A DNA stretch of 64,000 nt from Octopus vulgaris (GCA_951406725.2 OX597826.1:14322001-14386000); one strand, 5' to 3'. Shown: positions 1-15,569, counted from the stretch's first letter. The notes: generated by a model from the sequence alone, not told the origin. Numbers and translations: made by a program.

Positions 1-220
1 GATGTGTGAAGGGTATTATGCCTCTATAAATGACATTACGTTGCAAACAATAACCATTAAAATGACAACAATTGCATTCATTCGTAATGACAATCACCTG
101 TTAAATTACATTCGACGTTAAAACTGTTATTATTCTTACGCATATTAATATTATCAATATTAATATTAACGGTAGAAATACTATTCGATTAACTTTACAA
201 TTAATATTATTGGGAACATT

Positions 221-301
221 CTTATTCTTTTTCTTCTTCTTCTTCTTCTTCTTCTTCTTCTTCTTCTTCTTCTTCTTCTTCTTCTTCTTCTTCTTCTTTT
301 T

Positions 302-340
<39 letters not shown>

Positions 341-469
341 TTTCTTCTTCTTCTTCTTCTTCTTCTTCTTCTTCTTCTTCTTCTTCTTCTTCTTCTTCTT
401 CTTCTTCTTTTTCTTCTTTTTCTTCTTTTTCTTCTTCTTCTTCTTCTTCTTCTGCTTCTTCTTCTTTTT

Positions 470-525
<56 letters not shown>

Positions 526-682
526 TCTTTTTCTTCTTCTTTTTCTTTTTCTTCTTCTTCTTCTTCTTCTTCTTCTTCTCCTTCTTCTTCTTCTTTTCTT
601 CTTCTTCTTCTTCTCCTTCTTCTTCTTCTTCTCCTTCTTCTTCTTTTCTTCTTCTTTTTCTACTTTCTCTTCTTCATCTTCT
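221..682. repeat. Compound (TTC)n/(TAC)n microsatellite
   Basis: Direct reading: alternating TTC and TAC blocks. Explains the poly-F/Y/S ORF at 210..881. Confidence 0.97.
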
Positions 683-689
683 TAGCATT

Positions 690-1044
690 AGCATTAATAT
701 TTCATATACAGACTGCAAATTAAAGTGTTCGAGAAGTCAAATTTCTCAACTTCATACCAAGAATCCCCAGATGCCAAGAATCTTCCACGGTATCCTAGCT
801 GTCCCTAATAACACCATTTTCTGGAAGTGCACAAAATGGGTCTCATGCCTAATTCTGCTCTCCATCTGTTCGAATCTTTAGAGGCAGTTCGTAATGCACC
901 TATAACTACAGGAATGCATTTTACTCGAACTTTCCATAGCTTCTGTAAATCATTAGGTAGGTCCCGGTACTTTGCTATTTTCTCCATACTTCTCATCATT
1001 TGGCACTGTAAAATCAATTACTTGTTACCTTCTATTCTCTTTGT

Positions 1045-1050
<6 letters not shown>
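690..1050 (-). mobile_element. 3' fragment of an R4/Dong-type RLE LINE (restriction-like endonuclease C-terminus)
   Basis: Minus strand reads VVVDKENRR*QVIDFTVPND...EKIAKYRDLPNDLQKLWKVRVKCIPVVIGAL, matching the PDIVVVDK..ID..P..EK..KY..L..W....PVVIGALG signature. Flanked by microsatellites. Confidence 0.85.
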
Positions 1051-1297
<247 letters not shown>

Positions 1298-2329
1298 TCG
1301 GTGGCCTTATTTTTATCACAAATGTTTTGCGATATTTTCTCCGTATCAAATTCCGCAAGATTAGATTTGTGTTTCATTTACCTGGATGTCGTCATTATGA
1401 ATTACCAAGCAAAAACGGGGTAAATAGATTCCACTAAATTTCTACCCTGAAATCGTTCACTCTGTGCCTGAATTGGAAGGCACTATTTTAATATAGAGAC
1501 CCTGCTTCACTTTGCTCCTCTTACAAACACACCACACATTCGCATATAAACACACACTTACATATATTTTGTAGATTTTAGATTGGTATAATCTTCGGAA
1601 AAATCGCAAAGCTCAACTAGAGATTTATTATTTAGTATTAAAATATTTATATTGAAAGGGAAACATCTAATTTACTAAGTTCATAATTATTACACTGCGA
1701 AGCACAAAGTCAATCAATCAGAACAAACATCAGATACGAAGGACATATTATTGTCAATTAAATTCTCCTTTAGCCAAATTCATACAACATTCGTAATCTT
1801 TGTGATGGGGAAAGTATCAAGTCAGTCTGTTTTATATTTACGTTTACTAAAATTATAGAAGGCTCCCAAAATTAGTGTTTCTATCCTCCTAAACCTCACT
1901 CTCTATTTCTGCTATCTTTCACTATAATTTTGTCTCTTTTTCAAGATTACTGGCTTAGGTTTTATGGCGAGCAAAAGAGTAAATCAAATATTATATCTGG
2001 TGATTTAATTAAGTTATAAGGTGTAATTAACGAAAGAAAATGATAATATTTATTGGGTGAGTTCAGTATAGCTAAATAGAAATCATAATATGCGTGTGTG
2101 TGTGTGTGCGTGTGTGTGTGTGTATACGTATGCATGTATTTGTATATGTGTGTGTATGTGCGTGTGTGCATGCATATATATGTGTATATACAAAAGCATG
2201 TATGTTTGTATATTTAAATATGTTGACACAAACACACACGCACACACGCAGACACACACATATATATATATTCCCAATGAGAGGTACGTGGGGTCGGCCA
2301 TGTCAACCTCATGTGTGCTGGCAAATCCG

Positions 2330-3800
2330 TAGCACTGCTTCTAAGGTATGTATTATATGTTCAGCTTCCAGAACCTAGCTATTATTATAGCCTCCATCAA
2401 CAATAAAAAGCTAGACTCATTCTAACAAACTGGGAAAAATAACAATAATAACCACAACAACCAATCGGCTGATATAATAAGCGATCCCCCAAATAACTGC
2501 TGTCTAAAACAACGGACAACCACCTTATAAATGATAATCCTCCACCTCATATTATAGGCACAGATAATCTTACTAATCTGTGTGATTGCAGAGATAAAAA
2601 TAATTTTGAATTCATGAATAAACTTAAAACTAAGAAGGTGATCTACCGATGTGATGTATTCTCCAATAATTACAAGAATACTTATATTGGAGCAACAAAA
2701 AATGAAATTAAACTTAGATATAATTCCCATCTCTCAAGCTTAAGGAATAGAAATATGGCTAACTCTACAGGGTTAAGCAGTTACATCTGGGAACTTAAAG
2801 ATAATAACATTAACTATAGATTATAATGGCACAACCTAGCAAAAACAACTTCATAAGACCTTAAAAACAAACGCTGCAATTTATGCATAAATAAGAAATT
2901 TCTTATTTTAATGGTCGAATCAGAATTCCTTAATAAACGAGACGACAAAAACTTGCATGTTTACATAAAGATAAATTCTTATTCTGTAAATACCGCTAAT
3001 ACCTACTTTACATTACTGTTTATTAGCTGACATGTGTAACCTCTGATTATCTCCCTTTGAGCCTCCACCTTTACACATAGCACGACATAAACCACAATTA
3101 TATTCAATTTTCTCCGACTAACTGAATTATTTATCTTAGATGCACGATGCACACCCGAAGCTATCACTGACTAACATACTAATTGCTAGTGTTGCCATTA
3201 ACATATATACGATTAAACGCGCGATTCTAGCCGAGTTGATTTGTTTTAATTATACTAACTAGTAGTAAACCATGGCCATACATAGAAACACTATATTCAA
3301 TTATTATATCTACTTACGTAACCCAGATTTATACCGTATTTTGCATTAAATATTTTAAGAGCGTCCTTAATTTTTTAACCAGGGCATTATTTGTAACCAT
3401 AGGAACAAATCTAGCGGACTCAAGTCGTTATTTATTACGATTAATGATACTCGATATTACTACAAGGTATCTAACTCTTTCGACAAACACCGCCGGGCAA
3501 CTGGTCATTTTCCCCACTCATTCTGCATCCATCTTCTTGAAGCAGCTATACACACACGTGTCATTTTTTAAGGACGCAGAACTTTAAGCTTAAAGACATG
3601 AACAACCATTTCCTTTTCCTTTTCTTTTTCTTTTTCCTTTTCTTCTCCTATCAACCATCGATCTCATGTCAATATTCCTGTGGTAACGTTCAAGTCATTC
3701 TGGTGAGGTTTGTTACATGGAACGAGGTAAATGCAAGCTTACCTAAAAAATAACAAACTGAAACAGCTGGAAATGTTACCTTAACCATAATTAAGCTAAT
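2330..3800 (+). mobile_element. Penelope-like element remnant: GIY-YIG endonuclease pseudogene plus 3' region
   Basis: KVIYRCDV...TYIGATKNEIKLRYNSHLSSLRNR...STGLSSYIWELKDNNINY..W...KRCNLC...CLHKDKFLF (about 2620-2998, with stops) is a typical PLE GIY-YIG domain. It is followed on the same strand by a hammerhead-like fold at 3682-3780 and then (TA)n. Confidence 0.85.
3682..3780 (+). ncRNA. Degenerate type I hammerhead ribozyme (PLE 3' end)
   Basis: CTGGTGA (3700-3706), stem II GGTTTGTTA/TAACAAACT, GAAA, palindromic CAGCTG; outer helix GGTAACGTT/AATGTTACC. Carries A6>G and a damaged cleavage triplet. Confidence 0.6.
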
Positions 3801-3849
3801 GATCAATAACTTCTAATTTTTATATATTTCTCCATTTCTTCTTTTCTCT

Positions 3850-3983
<134 letters not shown>

Positions 3984-3999
3984 TCTCGCTTCAAAGAAC

Positions 4000-5230
4000 C
4001 GTATCATCTTAGCCAAACAGAAAAAAGTCCGAAAAATACGGAAGAAAATCAATTCTGAAATACAAACGGATTTAGTCAGATGGGTTCACTGAGAAATTCA
4101 GGGCCATCAACGACCTAATACGCAAGAATGAGAAAGCATGCAGATTGTGACAGGATGCCCTAGGCTCTGCGCACAAAAGAGTCAGATCGAGGTCCCACAT
4201 AACACAAGTTTACAAGTTTAGAGGGTTATGCATCCTATGCATAACTCATGATGGAATAAATTTTCAGCTGACTTCCTGACCAATTCTGACATAATTCTTC
4301 AACGCCATTGTATTTATAGAATCAAAGTCAGGCACATCTCCTTTGTTTTCAGTAGACGGCTCCTGGATCATCAAAGGTAAACAGTGTCAGTCCATCACCC
4401 TTCTACTGTCGACCAGTTTGTCATTGAATCATTTCCAGTGAATAAAGTGTAACAAGATTCTCAACAGGGATAGTGTTTAAGTAGGGTTGAGGGAGAGAAA
4501 AAATGCCACACACTTCTGTGGTGTTGAATTGCTGGCCCTCTGCATAACAAAGTGTCTTGAGTAGACTGTGGAAACCACCGAGGCAATTCTCAGCTTTCCG
4601 TTAAGGACGAAATCCCGCATTGAGTTATTCTTAATAAATTTATCACAACCCTATTTGAAGCAATGTTCTCTGAACCACAATTTCGCTTCTGGCCTAAGCG
4701 TAGAACTGTGGACATGATATTCACCGCAAGGCAAGTGCAAGAGAAATGCATTGAGCAGAACACGAACCTGTACTTTGGTGTCTTTGTTGATCTGACAGTA
4801 TCTTTCGGTACAGTAAAACATTAAATTTTACGGTTCAAACTTAAAAACTTGCCAGCTCAATGAGGTTTACCATCCACACTCGCTTCTTCTACAGCGAAAT
4901 CTTCATCGGTTCAAAGACTTGCACAAGAAATTTTTCTTTTCTTCAACCAAATAATTCTGCATGCTGCTAAAGATTAGACTGGAGTGTCTGTATCAGACAC
5001 CCTCTGATACGATTGTCTTGCTTTCTTTATCTTGCAACGCACAAGAAATCCATCAAAAAAGTTTATCATGTAAGTATTATTTGCAGACAAATGCGGACTT
5101 TCGGTATACCAAATAAACTACGGTCAATTGTTAGCACAATCTCAGATGCACAAAAGTTGTCTGGCTTGATAATTTGTAAACAGTGAAGTGCTTCTTTAGC
5201 CTGCTCCCAACTACATTCCCACTTGGCCCC
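4000..5230 (+). mobile_element. Degenerate RTE-clade LINE reverse transcriptase fragment
   Basis: Broken frames give GTSPLFSVDGS, DCGNHRGNSQLS, FSEPQFRFWPKRRTVDMIFTARQVQEKCIEQNTNLYFGVFVDLT and LFAD, all RTE/BovB-like motifs. Confidence 0.88.
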
Positions 5231-5235
5231 ACAAT

Positions 5236-5980
5236 AGCGATCCGCAATCCTTTTTCACTTGCGGTACACGTATATTCTTTTCAAAATTTGGTGGCACACC
5301 TGAACTAAAAATATAATTGGATCTTTTCAGTTTGACCGGCAGATTCAAAAAAATAATTTCTTTGTAACTACACACTATTAAAATTCGTATACTGGTAGAA
5401 TGTGTCACATAAAACATCTTTTTCTCTTGGCATTGTTGAGAAAATCCTGTAGTTTGTAAGCAATTTCTTGTTTAATTTCTCGTATTTCGGCAATTTCAAC
5501 TAATCAAAGACGTCTATTGAGGTGAATACAATTACTGCTGTCCTTTGTCAACAAGTTCAACAACAACTTCCGGCGGTGTATATTTAGTTACTTTCGAATG
5601 AATAACCGCATACCGGAAGTCACCAAATGTATGAGGACCCCATACACTTGCTGGCTTCCGGTATGCGGAGTTCTTGATTGGTAGCAATTACATGTGCAAG
5701 CTGTTTGCAAGGAATCTCAAGTAGCGAATTCGAGTTTAATGGTTTATTGCCACTAAGCGTATTTTCCGAACAACTTTTAAGAATACTTCTGACTTCTTTC
5801 TCAAAATTGGTCCAACTGGAACTTATACTCATTCAACTCCATTTTCTATCACATTACCTATTATATAACAGAAGAAATACTCCACACAGTGTTTTTCTAT
5901 TCTTTCTTTATCTCAGCCAATAACAAGTATTAACTTTTTGCTATTTCAAAGAGCCATTCTTTTCCTGTCATTGATATTTG
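5236..5980. mobile_element. Possible hAT (Charlie-like) non-autonomous remnant, one terminus only
   Basis: TAGCGATCCGCAATCCTTTTTCACTTGCGGTACAC...GGTGGCACACC resembles Charlie-type termini and truncates the RTE fragment. No matching second TIR found. Confidence 0.3.
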
Positions 5981-5999
5981 CAGTGAATCTATTTACGTA

Positions 6000-6218
6000 C
6001 ATGTATGTATGTATGTAGTTATGTATGTAGGTATGTAGTTATGTATGTATTATATATGAATGTGTGTACGTACGTACCAACGTATGTATATCTGTATGTA
6101 TATACGTACGTATGTATGTGTGTAAATACGTGCCAACATATGTTTGTCTGTATGTATATATATACGTATGTATGCATATATGTATCTGTCTCTATCTTCT
6201 ACTCTTTCTATCTCTCTC

Positions 6219-6281
<63 letters not shown>

Positions 6282-6769
6282 ATATCTATAGACATGTATA
6301 TATAGACATACAGAGATAAATATATACATTCATATATATACACATAAATACATACATATACAAATATATATATATATATATGTATATAATATATATATAT
6401 ATAATAAATACATAAATATATGTATATATATGTATATATGCATACATATGTATATATATATATATACGTACATACACATATATATACATATAACCTATAA
6501 CGCACACACACACACACACAAGCATACATACTCACACACACACACACATATATATAAACAGTTGTGCCTCTGACTCAAACTGATAATTGCCAAACAAACA
6601 TAGCTATGTATATGAACCCATGAACATGTAAATATTACACACGCACACATACATGCCCGCCCAAAAGACATTTCCATAGATTTTATTGTCAAAATTCTAT
6701 GTAAGTGTATATTGTTTATAGTTGTAGCATATATACATAAATTTAGTGTATATATATATATATTTATAG

Positions 6770-6801
<32 letters not shown>

Positions 6802-6890
6802 ACACCCAGATATGACTGTCTGTGTGTGTGTGTATGCGTGTATATACATATATACATAATACATATATCCATACATGCATGCATACACTT
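6000..6890. repeat. Degenerate (TA)n/(TATG)n/(CA)n microsatellite field
   Basis: Direct reading. Confidence 0.92.
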
Positions 6891-8148
6891 GACAGACACT
6901 AGCAGAAAACAATATGCATTGAAAAATATTAAGGAAACTTTTTTTTTTCTGTTTATCGCTCATTGAAAATTCCGACAGGTTTTATAGATTATCTGAAGAA
7001 CATCCATACCAATTTGTAATTTTAATTTGAATACTAACGCATATATGGATGCACCGACGACGACGATCATGATGATGATGACGATGATGATGATGGTAAT
7101 AATATAATAATAAATAATTATTATAATATTAATAAGAATCTAACACTGACGATAATGATAATAGTGGCAATAGCTATGCGATTATCATGATGAAGGGGGA
7201 GAAAAGAGAAGGAACTTAAAGTTTCAAGTAAAATCAAAACAAAATCAATACATAAGAGACAAATAACACAATAAACAAAAATCCACAATAATAAAATTTA
7301 TTCTTTTTAAACTATTTAAAATTAACACATAAGACAGTTTTATCCTGAGACGAAACAATACCATATTTGAATGTTAAATCTAGAATTTTTGTCACGTAGT
7401 AAATATTACTGTCCAGGGTTCGATTAAGCAGTAAATCCGTATATATTATGGAATAGCTGACGTATTTTATACCTCATCCATCACTGTATAAACTGGCCTT
7501 TGGGTTATCTGTGATGATCGCTGTTCTGAGATTGCTGCGATGCCATATGTCAAAAACAGCCGTTTCTTAAAAGACACTCTTCAACAATTATCGGCTCTTG
7601 AAGAACATGCATTTCGCTTCGGGTTGCTACTTGATTAATATTAATATTTCTTAACAATCGATACGGTTTCTTACTATGATGTATTATTTTTAAGCTTATA
7701 TATCAAGGGAAATTAAATATTTTCATATATTTGAATGATATGTAATGCTAAAGGAGAAGCAGTAACACTTGGAGATATCTACACTAAACCTGTATAAGTA
7801 CAAGCATACAAATATCGATACAGGCTGCATACAAATGTTTGGTCTGCAGTGTAAAAAGTTGCATGTCTTCTGTTTGCCAAAGAAGTGATCAATCAATATA
7901 AGAGTTTCTAAGTGTAAAACTTTCTGAAACATCTTCTGTATATTCTACAGTTCCAGATAAGAAATGATTGTCGAAAAAGTTGGGAAAGTAAATGGTAGTG
8001 TTACCGGTTAGAATGTGGTATCAGCTTGCTGAATGTAAAATAGAGTACAACGAGGGAGTTTGAATAGAAAGGATATAGATACATACGTATCTTTATATAT
8101 GTAAATGTGTATATAAGTGTAAGCATATGTATGTGTGTGTATAATTAC

Positions 8149-8190
<42 letters not shown>

Positions 8191-8201
8191 CTGTGTGTGT
8201 A

Positions 8202-8245
<44 letters not shown>

Positions 8246-8261
8246 TACACACACAGACACG

Positions 8262-9006
<745 letters not shown>

Positions 9007-9047
9007 ATACATACATATATACATCTCTCTCTCTCTCTTTCTTTCTT

Positions 9048-9142
<95 letters not shown>

Positions 9143-9144
9143 GT

Positions 9145-9175
<31 letters not shown>

Positions 9176-9176
9176 T

Positions 9177-9212
<36 letters not shown>

Positions 9213-9415
9213 TTAGATGTATATATATGCGTAAGATGATTGATATTTATGGCTGTCTGTCTATATATATCAACATCAATTTTTTTTGTTTACATACACA
9301 GTCACAAGCACACGCACGCACACACATACACACACGCACACATTCACACAAACACACAGTCCCACACACACAGAGGTGAGCACACACGCACACACGCACA
9401 CACGTGCACACAGAG

Positions 9416-9447
<32 letters not shown>

Positions 9448-9844
9448 TCAAAACACACACATATTGATACATATGGCTGTTTTAGTGTGTTTCAATACTT
9501 GATTATCTCAAGTTGGAGGGAATTACAATCTTAACAAACGCATTTACTATCGCAAACACAAGTATCCGACATTCATTTCATTTGTGGGGACACACACACG
9601 CACACACAAGCACCCCCTCGTAAGATGTAGCATTACCTTTTAGATAATTGTTCCAGAAAATTCTACCGTTACAAAACCAAATATTTTTTTTGTTCTGTGT
9701 TTTGGTGTTACTAGAAGTTTGTATGAAAAGCTAACATTCCGAACGATGTCCAAAATATTCATAGTGGCATTTTTAGAATGAAGAAATCCTTGGTCAGTCA
9801 TTATTTCTTTACAATAAGTAAGGCCGATATCATGGGTGTAGATA

Positions 9845-10046
9845 TTGAGATCAAATATTGGCACAAGACCAGCAATATCGTCGGGTGGGAAGTCCATTAC
9901 GTCGACCATAGTGCTCGGCTAGTAATTATTTAATCGATCGCGAAAGAATGAAAGGCGAAGTTGACCACGGTGGGATTTGAACTCAGAATCTAAAGACGCT
10001 AAGCATTTTGTCCGGTGTGCTGAGGATTCTGTCGGCTTACCGCCTT
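9845..10046 (-). mobile_element. tRNA-derived SINE family 2, degenerate
   Basis: Minus strand AAGGCGGTAAGCCGACAGAA...TTCTGAGTTCAAATCCCACCGTGGTCAACTTCGCCTTTCATTCTTTCG, homologous to 22631-23043 and 63356-63566. Confidence 0.8.
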
Positions 10047-10690
10047 TAGGGTGTGTGTATAAATATAACCAAACAGAGAAATTCCATCGTTAATGCGAAT
10101 TCTAGATTTGTTAGTGACTAGTAGATGTTTTTCGTGCGCTTCCTTAGTGTTGCATTTTGTTATGAATTTTGCTTTCCTCAATTATCAAATATTTCTGATT
10201 ATAATTCTGCTGAGTCCATTAATGATCTTTCCATCTAGTTTTATGGTGTCTCTTGTAGAGCATTCTAATTGTTTCTTGTTGTAAGTAGATTATAAAGTTG
10301 TGAACGTGTCTACTACACGAGACAGTTTTTAAGTTTAGAACTTTCATATTTACATACGAATTTATTAAACCCATTGTCATTGGTAGCCTGTTCGTGGGAT
10401 TACATACTTCTGATTTGTTATTAATAAGGGACTTTTCAACTGACATGTTTTCTTGCCATATCTAATTAGAGCTGGTATTTGTTCAGGAGTCAGTAATTTT
10501 CTGTTCGGTTTACGAGGATTTTAATAATATCCTTTACTTTGCAGTCTGTATGAAATTGATACTTCGAATATATTTGTGTGGTTTGCATAATTTTTCTAGG
10601 TTTGGTGATTCACGAAGTTGTCCCTTCATATTTGTGCGTAGACATAGGCGTGGCTACATGGTAAGAAGTTTGCTTCTCAATCGAGTTGCA

Positions 10691-10752
<62 letters not shown>

Positions 10753-11439
10753 AAAGTAGAGTCTACAGTAATCCATAAGTAGGAGAGGTGCAGCGGCAGT
10801 GTAAAAAGTCCAAAAGAGAATCCGTAAAGAGTAGAAAGGTAGAAAGTGCAGTGTGGAGAAGTTCGTAGGTGATGTGAGGAGACAGGATCACAAGCGTTTT
10901 TAATATAGTTAATATCTGTTACAAAACAAAGTCATCGTAAATATAGTGTTATCCTATCTACGCTTATATGTAGCGAAAAAGTAAGCCCATCTTAAGTGCA
11001 ACGTGTTCACTCACACCTGAGAATCTGCCCCCGATGTAAGTTCAGATCACATTATACTTCCTTTTGTATTAATATATTATCCTTTGTATACTCCATGTAA
11101 TCGGATCCGGATCTTTGCAATTCTGAACTGAATTTGTCACAAAGGATTCGTGGGGTTATTTTACGTCTTCCGTCTCTGTTTCTTCTGTTGTGGGGATACT
11201 TCCGTAAATCAAGACAACGTGAGGTTGACACGGTCCTCCGTGCACATCCAACTGCTACTCTTAAAATATGTACATTCTTTTAGCATGGGTTATTTTTTCC
11301 GTTACTGTGTCTTACCGACTCCAACACCCAGCGGGCTGCCGTAGTTGCTCATTTCTCATCTCGTCTGCATGGTCACAAGATAATGTGTGTCAATACTTGT
11401 TATGGACCGGATGAATAGTCCCTCGGCTTTGTCGTGAAC

Positions 11440-12722
11440 TTTTGGAGACAAAAACATGGTGCTTACTTCTGACGTGTCCTAAGTTGATCCTTTTCACTGT
11501 TGATTTAAATATGTTCGCAAAAACAGAGCTTGAAATGGTGGAGACCTGTGCAAATGTCCAGCAAGGATATTGGGATGGAAGTCGGTATCTGGGTGCTCAC
11601 TTTGAAACGGGAGAAAGAGCAGATTCTAGGGGCATAGGATTGCCAAACAAAAAGAGAATAGAAGACTCGGATAATGATGGGTACAAATACCTCGAGATCC
11701 TATCTTACGAGAAGATATGACTGAGGATCAGAAAAACTTAGGGATAAGGCTCGAGGATATAATAGTTTCAACAACAAAGACTAAACCGGTGAATCTAAGA
11801 AACTGCAACCGTAAAAATGTGAAACACGCGCCCCAAAATGTTGATGAGAATCCGAAATACGTTCTGAAATAAGATCTAACGGATCCTAGGGACTTGTTTA
11901 GATCCGCTTCAATTTTAGTATGTGAACTGTTTAAAAAGGAAGAGAAGAAAATACACGAATAAAATGAGCCATGGTGGAAACGGAGAATTGAAGGCGATAT
12001 TATAACTTTGCGTAAAGCTCTAACTCGCATAAAAGAATGGTTCAAAGGACAATGGAAAGATGCTAAAAAAGGTGCAAGGGCATACCTAGACGCAAATACC
12101 AAATAGAAAAGAAAGGGTTCAGAGTTATAACCGAAACCCTAAAACATAAAAGTTGAAACGCTACACTGATCGTATATTGCATTTTGAGCAAAACAGGTAT
12201 ATTTTCGAATAACCAGAAGCAGTTTATTAAGAGCTTAGGAGGAGATACAAAAGATAATATACATCGTGAAGGAGAGGAAAACGTGCCAAATTTAGACTAA
12301 CATCTGTCCTAGACAGGATTATGTGCGCAAAACAACAAAGATATAATTGCACAGGTATCAAAACTGCCAAACTGGACCAGACGGAATTCAAGGCTCAAAT
12401 GGTTTACCAAGCGAATTCCGTTGCACTTGGACAATCGCCTACACAGTGGTACGGTTCCGGTGGAGATTGTAGAGGGAAAGACAACGTTGTTGATAAAAGA
12501 TCGATCAAAGAGCAATGGTGTTGGCTATTACCGATCCATTGCTTCTCTTAACTTCGCATGGAAAGTGTTAACAGGTATCCTCGCAAAGAAAATATATACG
12601 TTCCTTATGGAAAACAATCTACTTCCAGTAGATAAAAAGGATGCCAAAAAAGATCCAAGGGCACCAAGGACTACCATGTGATAGACAAGGTTGCAATGAA
12701 AAACTATAAACGGTACCAAAAT
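11440..12722 (+). mobile_element. Degenerate R4/Dong-type LINE fragments in permuted order
   Basis: 11440-11720: LFTVDLNMFAKTE...GIGLP...GYKYLEIL (post-YxDD RT). 11730-12722: EPWWKRRIEGDI, GKTTLLIKD, YYRSIASLNFAWKVLTGIL, LLP..KGC...IDK (N-terminal region and early RT). Confidence 0.82.
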
Positions 12723-14533
12723 AATCCTGCTTCCGAAGTAGGTATTTCGGTAATCCTATGTTAGCTATTCTGTAATAGTTTTCTTACAGTATAAGGCCTC
12801 TACCACCTTCGATACGTTGTATATATATAACCTTTCTACATCAATATTTAGGTGGTGCAACTTAAATCCTGTCGTTATTTTTCTGCTTTTTTGTCTATTT
12901 TTATTAGTTCGTTTAGAATCCAGTTAAGAATATTGTAGCTGTAAGTCTTAACTTACAGGGGATTTTGTGAGGGCACTTGCTCCAAGGGTTTCAGACAAAT
13001 ATGGGACAGTGGGATTCCTCGATTATCCCTAGAGGTGTTCCTGTATTAAGAGGGCCACATCTCTTCCATCTCACCTCCCCACTCTCTTTTAACCTTTGTA
13101 TGCTATGCATTTAATGAATATATTCTCTCATGGCTTTTGACCTTAATTGATTTGAAATGCTATCGTGCACATGCTTTGTACATGTACATGCTACAGCAAA
13201 TATTCTGCTCAATATCACGGATTTGCTTGTCCGTTGCTTCACCTTAACCAATCCTCTAGTGGCTACGATATTTGCATCTCTGATCAGTAGCAGAAGTAGT
13301 GGAAGAGCATCGTAGCCATGTGTTGAGAGAAATTCTATGGGATTTGAATAATTAATTTCTGTAAACATGTAGGTTTCGTTCATCAACCTTAAACAAATCT
13401 TATTCAGGGACCTTTTTGGTAAGATGGGATACTTACCCTGAAGAAAATTCTAACTGGGCCTCACTTGCAAGGTGAGCTATGAGCAATTGTTCATTGTGGT
13501 ACCGATCAATCTGAAACGTATTTCTAATATAGTCTTGTTATGAAAATTGCTTTGGCTATCACCGACGTCACTGCTTTCGTTGTAAATATCTTCATTTTCA
13601 TTTTCATTTTCTGTGTGATATCCGATGTGAAAGTAGGGGTGTTTTTGTATATATTCACAACCCTGCAACTCTGCGTTCACCTTCCTAAAAAGAAAAATCG
13701 CTATCCCCTCTCTTCCTGATCCCATTCCCCACGTAATTTTCTTTTCCACCACCATCAGACAGCGGAAGACTACTCACAATTACTTAATATGAAAGGCCAT
13801 GACTCCATCTTCAGAAGTGATTTCACTGACAACTTGTTAAATCCTGCACCGATACCAGTCTTTCGAAATAACCTCAGAAATTAGCAGTTTCATAACTTGC
13901 ATGGGCATCGAAAGATATTAATATATCTATATATACACTTGTTCTATATATATTTGCTTATAAACGCAGCATATTTAAATGGATTTTGCCAAAACATGTA
14001 GCAAAATAAATATCTCTTATTCACTTGTGAGTTCTCTGCAATTTTTATGTCTTTCTATGATGTCTTTCACCTAACACAGCAAGTATAATTGTGTTATGAA
14101 CTATATTTGGTTATTTTTCACAAGTTTTATCTTAAGTCATTACCATTTCGCCGGAATTTATTGTGAAAGCAAAACATGACGTTGATTTCCCTCTCCATTT
14201 ACAATTGTGTTACGTTAAATAAACGACTATGAGCTATTAAGAGAATATGCCAGTTACTCTTTTGTTGTCATTTCAATAACCCGTAATAGAGTAGACATCG
14301 TATAGAATCTTCTCTCTACTTCCCCAATGTGGATCAAAAGATGAGTTGTACAATGTTAGGCGATCGATGGCATTTACCATTTTACATAACGTGGAAAGAA
14401 CAACCAGGGTGTAATGCCAACTACATTTTTAGCGTCCTAGCGAAACTGATTTTCCTGCAAAGTAAAAATAGAATATTTTCTAACGAAAGTTAAATTCAAC
14501 ATCCTGGCCACTTTATTATGATGACAAAACGGT

Positions 14534-14985
14534 TTATTCCGTTTCCTCAAAACGGTGAACAACTAGTCTGAAATAGTCTGCAAAGAAGGTGCTTAATGGG
14601 TGAGGTGCTGCAACTTTTGTGTATCCTGAATACATATCTGAAGTAAAATTGAATGAATGTAAGATTATTTAACGGATGATCGCGTTACTGACTTATTACT
14701 ATCTGAATAGAAGCTCCTCACCTCCAGTCCGAAGAAAATATTAGAGGAAATTATGCGTGTTAGTCTCAATTCGAAATAAAATTTAGGTTTTTTTTTTAAT
14801 GCATTAAGCAAGATGATCCTCTTAGTTGTTGCAATGATATCAATGAACTCTTCAGAAACTTTTCTCACACGCATCTTTTCGCTAATTATAATGATTCATT
14901 GATTCATTGCGAGATAACGTAAATCTAATTCTTACTGCATGTCGAAAATGTACAGCCAGGCAGCTTCATCGAGGAATCTATCCAC
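14534..14985 (-). other. Candidate two-exon spliced fragment (exons 14936-14985 and 14534-14637)
   Basis: Acceptor CATTTTTCTTTTAG, donor GCA|GTAAGA, second acceptor CAATTTTACTTCAG. The joined frame is open (WIDSSMKLPGCTFSTCNMYSGYTKVAAPHPLSTFFADYFRLVVHRFEETE*), with AATAAA at 14512-14517. No recognisable homology. Confidence 0.2.
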
Positions 14986-15169
14986 CTAAAAGAAAAATGG
15001 TAACAAACATGTCAGCTTAAGAGAATGCAGTTCTGTATTCGATCCCATCCAATACCTCTGGTTAACAAATATTTTTTTCATAAAATTTTTAACTCAACCA
15101 CAGCGCATCACATATACAGACACATGCACACTTTGACACACAAATACATACATACGTACGTATGTATGC

Positions 15170-15218
<49 letters not shown>

Positions 15219-15238
15219 GTATGTATCATATCTATCTA

Positions 15239-15317
<79 letters not shown>

Positions 15318-15531
15318 CTCAATATTTTTCGGATATTACAGCCTATACCTGGCTTCCATATTTTGTTACTTTATATACAGTATATAACTTTTCTTCTACA
15401 CTTATTGTTATTTTATGTAAATAGTGTTCAAGTAATGCCTTTTACATTCTTTTTCATATAATTGTTTCAAACCTCCTTCCCTTATCCCCGTGTACATAAT
15501 ATGTGTGTTTATATATATATATGTATGTATG

Positions 15532-15566
<35 letters not shown>

Positions 15567-15569
15567 TAA

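Noticed and set aside
3737-3770. Apparent recursive splice site TTTTTTAG|GTAAGC on the minus strand
   Set aside because: Lies inside stem II of the PLE hammerhead fold; better explained as element sequence.
10050-10630. Possible retroelement coding relic on the minus strand
   Set aside because: A-rich coding-like composition but no diagnostic motif could be read.
12848-12900. Mariner-TIR-like sequence as the 5' end of the 17825 transposase
   Set aside because: Only weak similarity to 18885-18912 and 5 kb away; unsupported.
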